IMG/VR virus record: IMGVR_UViG_3300042525_000901
Span: 1,708 to 65,707 of that record
DNA length: 64,000 nucleotides
Strand: one strand, 5' to 3'
Source of the DNA: a virus
Lineage: Duplodnaviria > Caudoviricetes
Both the position numbers and the translations under genes were made by a program. The notes below the pieces were generated by a model that saw only the letters and a list, made by a program, of their open reading frames with translations, was not told the DNA's origin and searched no databases. Numbering within the stretch: the stretch's first letter is position 1; every line of letters starts with the position of its first letter. Positions 16,559 through 25,830 of the stretch are shown piece by piece.

Positions 16559-17715
16559 CAATAAAATTCACGCCACTACTCGCGCCTCAGTTGTCCGACT
16601 GGGATGAGCGGAAGATCGTCAGGATTGCCCTAGAACGCCTCAAGGCTGCATCTGGCAATCAAATCAACATCACCGACGCTCACAGCCCTGCTACCGCATT
16701 TATCGAAGCCCAGGCACTTGCTAGTGCAGAATTGCTCTGGCAAGCGGACAAACTAGCCGAGCGATTCTCTGTCCTGTTTCTCCAAAACTACGGCATTCAG
16801 CAAAAGCTCGGTACGACCGCACTAGGCGAGGTGCGGTTTGAGCTAAAAAGTGCGCTTGCGTCTCCGTACACAATTCCAGCCGGTGTCATCGTCCTGAGCG
16901 GTGCTAACAAACGTTATCGCACTGTGGAGAATCTGACGTTTGCGCCTGCTGAGTTAGCGCGTACGGTTGGGGTTGAATCGGTTGAAGTTGGCACTGCCTA
17001 CAACGTTCCGGCAAACGCGATCGGGTCAATGCAGCAACCGCTAGCGTTTGTCTCACGAGTGTTCAACCCTGAACCTATCACGGGAGGAACCGACGCGGAA
17101 ACAATTGAACAAACTAAAATCCGAGCGTTTGAACGGTTGCGATCGCGTGGTTTAGTGCAAGCGGTTGATTGGGAGAACGAAGCCCGATCAGTTCTAGGTG
17201 GCGGCATCGCTGTAGCCATTCCCAACCTAGGCCCCGACGGTCAGCGTGAAGAGCAAGGCACGGTTCATCTATTTGTGGCGAACTCTGACGGATCTCTACC
17301 ATCGGATGAGCAGCGGGAAAGCTTAAGAGCGTACCTTGATGCAATGGCTCCGCTGACGATTGAGACAATCGTCAGTTCGTGCGATCCACAACCCGTCTAT
17401 GTTGAGGTCATCGTCTCTGGAAACTCAGGATCAAATCCAACAACCATCGCCAACACGATCGCGTCTCGTCTCATGGCTTACCTGACGCCAGGGCGTTTCC
17501 CGTTTGGGCAGACTGTAATCCTAAACGAACTGGAATGGCAGTCTCGGGTCAACGGTGTTTCGTTTGTTCAGGGGGTGACGCTGGGAACGCAACCCGGATT
17601 AACGGAAGCCAAAAACTTTGCCATGCGTTACCGCTGGTCAATCCCAATCCTTACCCGAATCGGTGTTCGTGTTGAGATTGATTCACGTCCGTTTGCCTAC
17701 ACATTCGAGTTTTAA
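16555..17715 (+). CDS. baseplate J/gp47 protein
   Basis: YTIPAG...GTAYNVPANAI...NPEPITGGTDAETIEQ...GTVHL. Confidence 0.92.
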   Translation: MTIKFTPLLAPQLSDWDERKIVRIALERLKAASGNQINITDAHSPATAFIEAQALASAELLWQADKLAERFSVLFLQNYGIQQKLGTTALGEVRFELKSALASPYTIPAGVIVLSGANKRYRTVENLTFAPAELARTVGVESVEVGTAYNVPANAIGSMQQPLAFVSRVFNPEPITGGTDAETIEQTKIRAFERLRSRGLVQAVDWENEARSVLGGGIAVAIPNLGPDGQREEQGTVHLFVANSDGSLPSDEQRESLRAYLDAMAPLTIETIVSSCDPQPVYVEVIVSGNSGSNPTTIANTIASRLMAYLTPGRFPFGQTVILNELEWQSRVNGVSFVQGVTLGTQPGLTEAKNFAMRYRWSIPILTRIGVRVEIDSRPFAYTFEF

Positions 17716-17719
17716 TCAC

Positions 17720-18622
17720 ATGGTTCAGATTGTTGGTCAGTTAGTCGATTCTGGTGTCAGAACAGTTCCCCTGGTTTTGCGCGTCACAGCCGACGCTCCG
17801 ATCCTCGATGCCTCGGTGTCGCCATCTCGCCTGCTCACAGAAATTCCACGTGAATGGGAGCTACCCACCGGCTCAATTAACATCACGCTGCCGGAGTCTG
17901 AATCGGCGAACGTCTCCTACCTATTCCAAGTGTTGCAGCGGGCTGAAATCCTGACGCTTTACACGAATGATGGTGAGGCGTATTACGGCCCATATCACGA
18001 AGAGAATGGCGAGTATTTTACCGGGTCGTCACCTTCGGACGAACAGATCTCGTTAAGCTCTCGCGTCCGAATACAGGACACAACCGTCCAAGCATTTCGT
18101 GCGATCGTTCCGCCTTCCATCACCCCGATCAACTATGCCGACTTGCGACCCGTCGGCATTACTCGCGAGGTGATGGACGCAAACTTTATCCGCCTTGCCC
18201 AAATTCTCGCCACGGACACCGAACTCCAAACCGCGATTGTAAACAACCTCGCAAGCGCGGCGAACATTCCGTTTTCTCCTACCGGAGCTGTCTCTGCCAC
18301 GGATGTGCAAGGGGCGATCGGGCAACTTGATACTCAGCGGCTACGCTCATCCCAAAACCTATCCGATCTCGCCAACGCAGCAACGGCACGCACCAACCTC
18401 GGATTGGGGTCGATCTCGGTTGAAGCCGCGTCATCGTTCGCCGTCGCTGATCATGGTCACACGTCTGACGAGGTGGCCTATCCGGTTGCAACGTCGGGAG
18501 GAACAACCGTTCAACTAAAAAACGCACCGAATTCAATCAGTGCGCTTTCTAATCCTGATGCTTGGTGTGAAATCCAAGTTCAGGGTGTGATTTATGTCTT
18601 TCCGGCGTGGCGGCTTTCGTAG
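17720..18622 (+). CDS. tail fibre-related protein
   Basis: SATDVQGAI and QNLSDLANAATARTNLGLGS fibre motifs. Confidence 0.7.
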   Translation: MVQIVGQLVDSGVRTVPLVLRVTADAPILDASVSPSRLLTEIPREWELPTGSINITLPESESANVSYLFQVLQRAEILTLYTNDGEAYYGPYHEENGEYFTGSSPSDEQISLSSRVRIQDTTVQAFRAIVPPSITPINYADLRPVGITREVMDANFIRLAQILATDTELQTAIVNNLASAANIPFSPTGAVSATDVQGAIGQLDTQRLRSSQNLSDLANAATARTNLGLGSISVEAASSFAVADHGHTSDEVAYPVATSGGTTVQLKNAPNSISALSNPDAWCEIQVQGVIYVFPAWRLS

Positions 18623-18897
18623 CTAGCGATCCATTTTTCGGCATTGACTAGCGTATCAAATTTGCCTGCCCATTCTGCATCCCAGATGGCAGCATCAGGA
18701 ATGTTTTCTAATCGGGCTGCAATCTCGACTAGCTTGGCTCTTGAAATGTTGCGGAGCAACTCTAGGCCAATAGGCTCTAAGCCGTACCAAATCAAAGCAA
18801 AAACTCGCCCATACTTCTGGACTAACCAGTATGTCTTGTTGTCCTTAATGCCTTCGGAGTAATCTCGGCGTTTTTTGTGAAACAGTGTGCTAGTCAT
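18592..18897 (-). CDS. hypothetical protein
   Basis: AGGAGG RBS upstream; 101 aa. Confidence 0.6.
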   Translation of the reverse strand: MTSTLFHKKRRDYSEGIKDNKTYWLVQKYGRVFALIWYGLEPIGLELLRNISRAKLVEIAARLENIPDAAIWDAEWAGKFDTLVNAEKWIASYESRHAGKT

Positions 18898-18966
18898 CGA
18901 AAGACCTCCTGTGCTTTGGCTTGCAGTTCTTTAAAGCTCGGCTGATTGTGAAAGTAATGGCCTTTG

Positions 18967-19314
18967 TCATGAATACTCTCCGATCGCGCGTCGGACTTGG
19001 CGAGCTACTTCTAAACATGCCAAGGCGAGCAAGTAGCATCGTTTGTGGCGTGGGTCGGACATTTCAATCAAGAGCTTTTCGCCGCTAGGCCATACAAGGC
19101 GAACGGATCGACCATCAGGATCAACTCCATCAACGGTAACCGCGCCGTGTCGGAAGTTGCCCGCAATTGACCCAGGCGCGATCGCGTCCTTAGCCTTTGG
19201 TGTTGCGACCTCTGCTGTGAAAAACGCATAAGGGCGTTTCATATACTGTACGGTCGCCACATAAGGTGTCTCGGTTGCCGCTGTGATTGATTCGATATCT
19301 GCTGCCGTTATCAT
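18967..19314 (-). CDS. hypothetical protein
   Basis: GAGGAGG RBS upstream of MITAADIES start. Confidence 0.6.
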   Translation of the reverse strand: MITAADIESITAATETPYVATVQYMKRPYAFFTAEVATPKAKDAIAPGSIAGNFRHGAVTVDGVDPDGRSVRLVWPSGEKLLIEMSDPRHKRCYLLALACLEVARQVRRAIGEYS

Positions 19315-19340
19315 TGAATTTTGCCTCCTCTGTTTGTGAG

Positions 19341-19637
19341 TTACAGGTTCCAACACCGTTCTAGGTGGCGTACGTTGGCACTCCCTGACGTGGAAGCTGC
19401 AACGTAGGCGATCCACGCATCGCACAAAATATCGATGCCTTGCTTTTGACTTACGACCCGTTGCGAGATCCGTGTATCCCAGAACGGATACGCGACCCAT
19501 TCGCCGTTACCACCACGCCCAGGGGTGCGGACTAGGTAGCCAATCTGAGCGCCGTTTGAGATGACATCCCATGCGGCTTCAACCACCGATAGCCGGTGAC
19601 CACTCCATCGGCTTTTTATCAAAAAAACTTTGTCCAT
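19341..19637 (-). CDS. hypothetical protein
   Basis: AGGAGG RBS and TTGCGT-family promoter upstream. Confidence 0.6.
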   Translation of the reverse strand: MDKVFLIKSRWSGHRLSVVEAAWDVISNGAQIGYLVRTPGRGGNGEWVAYPFWDTRISQRVVSQKQGIDILCDAWIAYVAASTSGSANVRHLERCWNL

Positions 19638-19752
19638 AAACCTCCTGTCGATTCTCTATACATCATAAACGCAAATCAACAAAAACGATCATTTATTTTG
19701 CGACAGGTAGAGCCGACCTCTTTGGTTGAGCTAGCGTGAAAGAAAACGGGAT

Positions 19753-21366
19753 TTGGGTATGGCCAAGATTGAGCGGACGATTCCTTGGGGTAACGGAAGC
19801 GACGTGGCGTGCGCTCCGATTTACGCGCGTCTCCCTGCGTACAACCGAGGCTACCGACGTTGGGGCGAAACGGAAGACGCCGATAATATCGCCAATGGTG
19901 AGGTGTCGCGATGGTTGACGATCGCAACGGATGAGCTTCTGTGCGAGCTGAAGGGCGATGTCACGGGGTTCTACGAAAACTATCTCGACCCGGAAACAGC
20001 TCGATCTGATGCACTCGATTGGCTTGCGATGCACCTCGGCTTCTCTGGTCAGTTTTGGCGTGCGGAATGGCCTGACGAAGTGAAGCGCGAAGTCCTAAAG
20101 CTGGGTGATGAGGCTTGGATCGGGCGTGGCTCCATCGACAAAATTGACACGCTGCTAGAAACCATCGGCGTCATCACCTGTGCCGATGTTTGGCCGCTTA
20201 ATGATACGGGACATCGTTCATATCGGTTGCCGTGGTTACGAGCCGATTTAGGCACTGCTGATAACTATTGGCGAGCTGATAACACCCACTACTTTATTCG
20301 TCTGCCGCTGACGACGAAACGCGGTGATGAGACATGGCAGTACGCAAAATGGATCGTGGACGGGTTTACTCCGGTCGGTGCGGTTGGTGTGCCGTGCTTC
20401 TGCAACTTCTACCCGGACAAATCCCACGCTGACGATCCGATCTTCGATGAAGTGTGGGAACAATCACGACCGATGGTCGATACATTCTGGGATGGTCGCG
20501 AGCCAAGCGATCGCCCTGACCTCGATTTTGCTGCGCTTCTAGAGTACCTAATCGCCGAGTTTGGTATCACCGCCCAGATTGTCACGCGAGAGCCGTTCCT
20601 GGCTGACGTGACGACCGCTGATAGCCGATTTGTTGATATTGGCTGGTGGGGACATCCGTTCCCTGAAAATGCGTCAGGCGCGATCGGGACTCGAACCAAT
20701 TACGAACCGGCTCCCAACGTGTTCGTGGTATTTCCAACTTTGGTAACGTTTCGCGATGACACATGGGAAACAGTCAAGCGGTTAATCGAGCTGTACCGAC
20801 CTTACGAGTATTTCGATCCGCTCGCCATGATCGGCCACGGCGTGTTCTTGCCTGAGTTGAGTCATGCTAACGCTCCGATGCTTTGGGATGAACCGGCGGA
20901 TGAACAGTTGTGGCAAGACGCTAACGACGCGGTGAAAGCGTACTGGCTTGCCAATCCATTTGAGGTGGGCGATCGTCAAGACCTCGCGTTCGGCTATCTC
21001 CTGAAGGCGGTGCTAACCGCGCTGGACTTGCCTGGACAAATCGCCGTCTACGACCCTGCGATATTTGAGACGGGATGGTCGGGGCATCCGGATCAGGCGA
21101 ACGCATCAGGGAGCGTTGGCACTCGATCCAATTACGAACCAGCTCCGAATGTGTTTGTGATTTTCCCCGAGGCGATCGCGGTCGGTGACGAAACTTGGGA
21201 AAGCGTGAAGCAAATCGTCTACTGGTTCCGCCCTTACGACTTCTATCATCCCGACTACATGCTCGGATACGGAATCGAATATCCCGATCGCCTCACGCCT
21301 ACGATGCCAGTCTTGACCACTGATCCGACCCTGGGTGACGTGCCGATTATCTCTTCCAACCCCTGA
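19753..21366 (+). CDS. baseplate/tail protein I (P2 gpI-like) with duplicated C-terminal module
   Basis: YLDPETARSDALDWLA..LG..W...W....KR motif; two copies of GW.GHP...NASG..GTR.NYEPAPNVFV.FP. Confidence 0.8.
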   Translation: MGMAKIERTIPWGNGSDVACAPIYARLPAYNRGYRRWGETEDADNIANGEVSRWLTIATDELLCELKGDVTGFYENYLDPETARSDALDWLAMHLGFSGQFWRAEWPDEVKREVLKLGDEAWIGRGSIDKIDTLLETIGVITCADVWPLNDTGHRSYRLPWLRADLGTADNYWRADNTHYFIRLPLTTKRGDETWQYAKWIVDGFTPVGAVGVPCFCNFYPDKSHADDPIFDEVWEQSRPMVDTFWDGREPSDRPDLDFAALLEYLIAEFGITAQIVTREPFLADVTTADSRFVDIGWWGHPFPENASGAIGTRTNYEPAPNVFVVFPTLVTFRDDTWETVKRLIELYRPYEYFDPLAMIGHGVFLPELSHANAPMLWDEPADEQLWQDANDAVKAYWLANPFEVGDRQDLAFGYLLKAVLTALDLPGQIAVYDPAIFETGWSGHPDQANASGSVGTRSNYEPAPNVFVIFPEAIAVGDETWESVKQIVYWFRPYDFYHPDYMLGYGIEYPDRLTPTMPVLTTDPTLGDVPIISSNP

Positions 21367-21408
21367 GAGGATTGAAGTGTGTTGCCACAATCCTACTGCG
21401 ATTATCTA

Positions 21409-21510
21409 GCCACGTGCACCATGTAATTCTTTTATATAGGGGTAATGCCATCACGTGGCACGCTTCCAAAATCGCCGGAACGCTTACAGTATAAAAGCTA
21501 CAGCCGTTTG
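21409..21510 (+). repeat. dispersed palindromic element, copy 4
   Basis: GCCACGTGCACCATGTAATTCTTTTATATAGGGGTAATGCCATCACGTGGCA, then ...GCTACAGCCGTTT. Confidence 0.95.
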
Positions 21511-21603
21511 CCGGGTCGCACCGAGGCCGTTCCCTCTCGCCTGGGAAAACTGCCCAAATTTACCCCAAATAATTGCAGGATTTTGCAGGATTTTTCCGGG
21601 AAA

Positions 21604-21813
21604 TTTGCGCTTATCCTGCGCTGACGATTGCGCTTTGCCTGCGCCAACGATTGCGCCAAGCCTGCGATCAACTTGAGACAGCCCTGCACATTGATTGCGC
21701 GATCGCTGCATCTTGCCTGCGATGTTGGTGCGCTCTGATTGCGCTTTCGGTTACGTTCACTATTGCGCGATCGTTTGCGCTTTAGAGATCCAGGGTTCGG
21801 CGATTTTGTCAAT
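21604..21813 (+). repeat. phased TGCG array A (16 units, 11-12 bp period)
   Basis: TGCG or variants at 21606, 617, 629, 640, 652, 663, 674, 685, 696, 707, 718, 729, 740, 752, 764, 776. Confidence 0.9.
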
Positions 21814-21869
21814 AGCCACAAAAAAAACGCCGCTGGTGTTGCGGCGTGGTGGAAGGATTTTGGCGTAAC

Positions 21870-22076
21870 TTAGACTGCGATTAGCGTGCCGTGATGAACT
21901 CGGACACATGCGACTTGGTGGCGGGTTGTGATTTCCTTTACAGGCTGAATGTCATGGCAACTTGCTTCAATGACGCCTGATTGCTGGTGAACATGGGGAG
22001 ACAGTCCAAGTGATCGCAGTTCGTTTGCCACTTGACTAGCTACGGTGTCTCCATAAATGCGAATGTCTAAACTCAT
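21870..22076 (-). CDS. hypothetical protein
   Basis: 68 aa, coupled to upstream ORF. Confidence 0.5.
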   Translation of the reverse strand: MSLDIRIYGDTVASQVANELRSLGLSPHVHQQSGVIEASCHDIQPVKEITTRHQVACVRVHHGTLIAV

Positions 22077-22555
22077 GGGATTATCCGGTCAAGCAAGCTT
22101 GCGACCTTGAGATCGCCATTCATGGCTTTCATGATCCGTGTGCCATAAACCTGACGAACGTTAACATCTTCATTGGACAGAATGGTGACGACGATCCAGC
22201 ACAGATCCTCGCGACCATTTTCTCGCAGATAGATCGTAAGCCGTTCCCCTGCTGCGCGTGCTTCTTGTGACAGGCTTGTGCGCTGAGTTTCTTCAGGCTC
22301 AAAAATAGAACACAATTTTAACTGGCACGCATTAAGCATCGCTCGCACACTTGCTGCATGGTGAGAAGGAAGCTTGTAGTGCTTGCTTTGCTGAGAGGCT
22401 AACAGTAGCTCCTCCATTTTTAGGCGAGCATTTTCCAGCTTGTACGGGTCGGACAAGACGCGATCGCAGATTTCGTCGTCAACAGGCAAGTCAAGCAACT
22501 GGCGACAGAGGTTGGCAACCTCGGCAATTAGTGGATACATCGGATCGGGCTTCAT
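22073..22555 (-). CDS. hypothetical protein
   Basis: 160-aa ORF. Confidence 0.6.
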   Translation of the reverse strand: MKPDPMYPLIAEVANLCRQLLDLPVDDEICDRVLSDPYKLENARLKMEELLLASQQSKHYKLPSHHAASVRAMLNACQLKLCSIFEPEETQRTSLSQEARAAGERLTIYLRENGREDLCWIVVTILSNEDVNVRQVYGTRIMKAMNGDLKVASLLDRIIP

Positions 22556-22601
22556 AGCTTTCGTGTCTTGTGTTGTTTGCGTATAACGATAATATCACGA
22601 C

Positions 22602-23267
22602 TCAAGGAAGTTCCATTATTTTTGTCGTGAGCGCCCGTGTTCGCCGGGCTTGGTCTGCTCTAAGCGCCGACAAGCTATTGCCAAATCCAGGCGCGTCTAA
22701 TTTGCCTTCGTTGTAAAACGCACGCACGCGAGCATCGACAATGCCGTCGAAACCGCGTGCGCGATCGGCGGCTGTGTAACCTTCCTTGAAGGCTTTGGCC
22801 GCTAGTGGAGCCTGGACTAGCATATCGGCGTACACCCACGCCTCAAGCCGCGAAAACTGAGGCTTAGAAATGATGAGCTTTTCGAGTTCGGGTTGCAGTC
22901 GTTTTGCGAGAAGTTCAGCGTCGGCACGCTCGGGCGATCGCGACTGGCACGTTGACGGTTGGCACGAAAACGATCCGACGTTCGGCGCGGCGTTGCCGGG
23001 GTCGGTATGGCCTGCGTAGGCCGACGTGATACCGCCTTCAATCGTCCGCGTCCCTTCCGCCATGCCGATGGCGATCGCGCCTGGGCTGTTGGGCGTAGCG
23101 AAGTCATTGCGGATGGGTTCAAGAGAACCCGACGGCAATGGTCGAACGTTGGTTGATTGGGTTGGTGTTGGTGGCTGTGTGCCGATTGCGTCACCGTCGA
23201 TTGCCATTGCTCCTGACAGAACGATGAACGCGGCTAACCATGTGTTTTGGTTGGATAGAAATTTCAT
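22602..23267 (-). CDS. secreted protein, possibly lysozyme-fold
   Basis: N-terminal signal; AIGMAEGT...Y.GHTDPGN...N.GSFS motif; coupled to M23 gene. Confidence 0.5.
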   Translation of the reverse strand: MKFLSNQNTWLAAFIVLSGAMAIDGDAIGTQPPTPTQSTNVRPLPSGSLEPIRNDFATPNSPGAIAIGMAEGTRTIEGGITSAYAGHTDPGNAAPNVGSFSCQPSTCQSRSPERADAELLAKRLQPELEKLIISKPQFSRLEAWVYADMLVQAPLAAKAFKEGYTAADRARGFDGIVDARVRAFYNEGKLDAPGFGNSLSALRADQARRTRALTTKIMELP

Positions 23268-23887
23268 CGCTTAAGCACGGGCGAGGGTTTACGTCCGGTC
23301 ATTGTTTGCCAAACCAAGTCGGCAGGCGGTGCAACTTTTTTGCCATCCTGCAACAGTTCCAAATGGAGATGAGCGCCGGTAGACATACCGGTATTGCCGG
23401 TGTTGGCGATCGCTTCACCAGCTCGGTATGTGCCGGGGATGCAACGCTTCAGGTGGGCAAGACGGATCTCGCTACCGTCCGGCAGTCGGTAACTTCCCCA
23501 CAAACCATAGCCGTCGGGTTCGTTTCCGCAAATCAGGTCAACGGTTTGACCTGCTTCGATTGCTGCGTAGAGTGGCGTACCTTCGGGTGTGGCGAGGTCA
23601 ACACCGCTATGATGCTTTTGCTCGCCTGTTACCGGATGAGTACGCATCCCGAACGGAGACGATACCGTATAGCCTGCGATGCGATCGCCTACCACAGGCG
23701 TTTTCGATAGCGACGGCGCAACGAATTCAGCGATCGCATTTTTGCGCTGCTCAGTTTCGGCGGCGACGGGTTTGGCGATCGTGCTGGTGGCGAGGACTCG
23801 CAGCGGTTCTCGGAACTCGCGAACGCCAACGATTAGGCAGTTTGCAATGATGACCGCTACTCTAATTTGCTTCAGTGAGGGTGACAT
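23264..23887 (-). CDS. M23 family metallopeptidase
   Basis: SSPFGMRTHP...HSGVDLA...AHL...GNTGMSTGAHLHLE. Confidence 0.93.
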   Translation of the reverse strand: MSPSLKQIRVAVIIANCLIVGVREFREPLRVLATSTIAKPVAAETEQRKNAIAEFVAPSLSKTPVVGDRIAGYTVSSPFGMRTHPVTGEQKHHSGVDLATPEGTPLYAAIEAGQTVDLICGNEPDGYGLWGSYRLPDGSEIRLAHLKRCIPGTYRAGEAIANTGNTGMSTGAHLHLELLQDGKKVAPPADLVWQTMTGRKPSPVLKR

Positions 23888-24335
23888 CTTTCACGACTCC
23901 TAATGTTGTATAGCGGATATCCAACACCCGCCGCTCTGTGTTGCCCTGGACTACTCGCCGCTCGGTTCCGGCAAACGTGTAGCAAAGCGGTTCGCCCAAG
24001 ATCTCAGCAACTTGCGAGACGGTTTTGCCACTGCCAACTTGGCTAAACATCTGGTACTGAGCCAACGTAATCGGCTCCGGTCTGGGCTCTGTCTTAAGCG
24101 TGCAGGCGTCGATCGCGTCGGTTGCCCCGTAACCAAAATGCTCTTCGTTGATTCGGTCAACCTGGCTGGTGACGGTATCCAAGACGGACGGGATAGATGT
24201 GACGACGTTTGCCACATCTTCAACCAAGCCAAAGTTAAACCCGTTAGGCTTGGGGGACGTGACGACGCCATGAAGCATTACCAGCGATGCCGCCAATAAT
24301 GCGTTCTGGATTGCGTCGTCACGAGAGACTTGCAT
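23862..24335 (-). CDS. membrane-anchored/secreted hypothetical protein
   Basis: N-terminal hydrophobic segment; GKTVSQVAEILGEP motif. Confidence 0.6.
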   Translation of the reverse strand: MQVSRDDAIQNALLAASLVMLHGVVTSPKPNGFNFGLVEDVANVVTSIPSVLDTVTSQVDRINEEHFGYGATDAIDACTLKTEPRPEPITLAQYQMFSQVGSGKTVSQVAEILGEPLCYTFAGTERRVVQGNTERRVLDIRYTTLGVVKDVTLTEAN

Positions 24336-24598
24336 TAGCGATCACCCCCAAACCACTCCATCTTTTTTAGCTCCTCACCACCTTCGTCACGAGCGGCAAC
24401 AACCGCACCCCACGCAATACGACCCGTCGCCTGAGACAGACGAGAGACGGGATTGTCGAGAAATCCGCTCAACTCCTGAGCGCCAAACACGCCCGAAATT
24501 AACGGAAGTCCGACGATTACGAATGACAAAGCAACCCCGGTCGTTGTCCAGGGCTGCTCTTTGATCGCCTTTACGATTAGCGCGTCATCACGACTCAT
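24335..24598 (-). CDS. small membrane protein
   Basis: TM segment VALSFVIVGLPLISGVFG. Confidence 0.6.
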   Translation of the reverse strand: MSRDDALIVKAIKEQPWTTTGVALSFVIVGLPLISGVFGAQELSGFLDNPVSRLSQATGRIAWGAVVAARDEGGEELKKMEWFGGDR

Positions 24599-24648
24599 TA
24601 CTCAACTCCTGGCTTGTGTATGCCGCCATTATACATAAAACACACAAG

Positions 24649-25830
24649 TTAGGAAATGATAGGCAGTGCGCTATCAATGGTTGCTACGACGTTGGTAAAA
24701 TCGGGCAGATACTCAACTTTCTCGGTCTGTACGTCCAGAATGACGGGAATTTGCTTATGGCGCTTGGGACTGTTCCATAGTTTTAGAAACCGGTACTCAA
24801 TCTCTTGCTTGCGTTTGGTGGACTGGAACAACACCGATCGCTGTCCCAAAATTTCGTCAGCAATCATCGTTTTGTTTTCGTCTCGTGCCAGACCGAACCA
24901 CGAGAAACTTCGACGGGCTTGGCTGGTCAGCCCCATGTCTTCGCATAGTGCCGACTGCGTAATCAGGACAACATGAACGCCTGAGTGAGCGGCCATGTAA
25001 ACGAGTTGCTGCAAAATCGTTTTGATTTTCTTCGCAAGAATCGTTTTGTTTTCGTCGTCGTATGCCTTAACCATTGCCAACATGGAAACCCACTCATCAG
25101 CCACGATCAAAAGTTTCTTCTGGGATAACTCAGGGTTCTCCTGGCGCTGTCTTGCGAGAACTTGCATTGACTCCCAAAAGTCAACGACAGCATCGGGATT
25201 GAACTTGTCATAGTTCCCCGGTCTCGTGACTTTTGCTAGCGGAGGCCATTCGGTATCTTTGGGGTCAATGATACGAATATCGGATTCCGGGAATTGTTCC
25301 AGCATCGCAGCCAGGAACGCTTTGATCAGATAGGTTTTGCCCATGCGAGTTGCCGCCACGATCGCGACGTGCTTCGGCACGGTCGTGTCGGCCATCGTCG
25401 CGATCGCGCTGCCATAGCGATCGGCTATCGTTGGCGTTTTGACTGGTTCGGGTGGTAGCGAAATAGGGGGCGGATCGTCGATGGGGGCTGGAACGGAGAT
25501 GGTTGGTGCACTCGCCACCGTTGGCGGGGCGAAATCAAAATCGTCATCATCGTCGTCGTCTGGCTCAATTACGCGCGATCGTCTAGGCGATTCGGATGGC
25601 TCATCCTCAATCTCATCATCGCCGTAGTCATCCCCGGCGGTTTTCATGAGCTGAAACGTTGCCCACGCCGATACTCCGCCCATGACTGCCAGGGGCAAAT
25701 TTGGGCGAGACGTTGTGCGGTAGGTTGTGCCGTCCTCAACTCGGATTTCGGAATGCTCCTGAAATCCTGCAAGTACGGCGCAACCTGACGCGATTAGGTT
25801 GAGCCAAAGTAATGATTTCGTTTTCGACAT
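24649..25830 (-). CDS. membrane-anchored FtsK/HerA-superfamily ATPase (TraB/coupling-protein-like)
   Basis: two N-terminal hydrophobic segments; HVAIVAATRMGKT Walker A; IIDPK; LLIVADE Walker B; VVLITQS. Confidence 0.8.
   Translation of the reverse strand: MSKTKSLLWLNLIASGCAVLAGFQEHSEIRVEDGTTYRTTSRPNLPLAVMGGVSAWATFQLMKTAGDDYGDDEIEDEPSESPRRSRVIEPDDDDDDDFDFAPPTVASAPTISVPAPIDDPPPISLPPEPVKTPTIADRYGSAIATMADTTVPKHVAIVAATRMGKTYLIKAFLAAMLEQFPESDIRIIDPKDTEWPPLAKVTRPGNYDKFNPDAVVDFWESMQVLARQRQENPELSQKKLLIVADEWVSMLAMVKAYDDENKTILAKKIKTILQQLVYMAAHSGVHVVLITQSALCEDMGLTSQARRSFSWFGLARDENKTMIADEILGQRSVLFQSTKRKQEIEYRFLKLWNSPKRHKQIPVILDVQTEKVEYLPDFTNVVATIDSALPIIS

Noticed and set aside
21498-21821. Similar Arg-rich minus-strand ORFs at 21498-21821 and 61112-61399 (GSLKRK.SRN.ERNR)
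   Set aside because: The peptide similarity follows from the DNA duplication. The main 11-bp period is not codon-phased and no RBS is evident, so I treat these as non-coding arrays.
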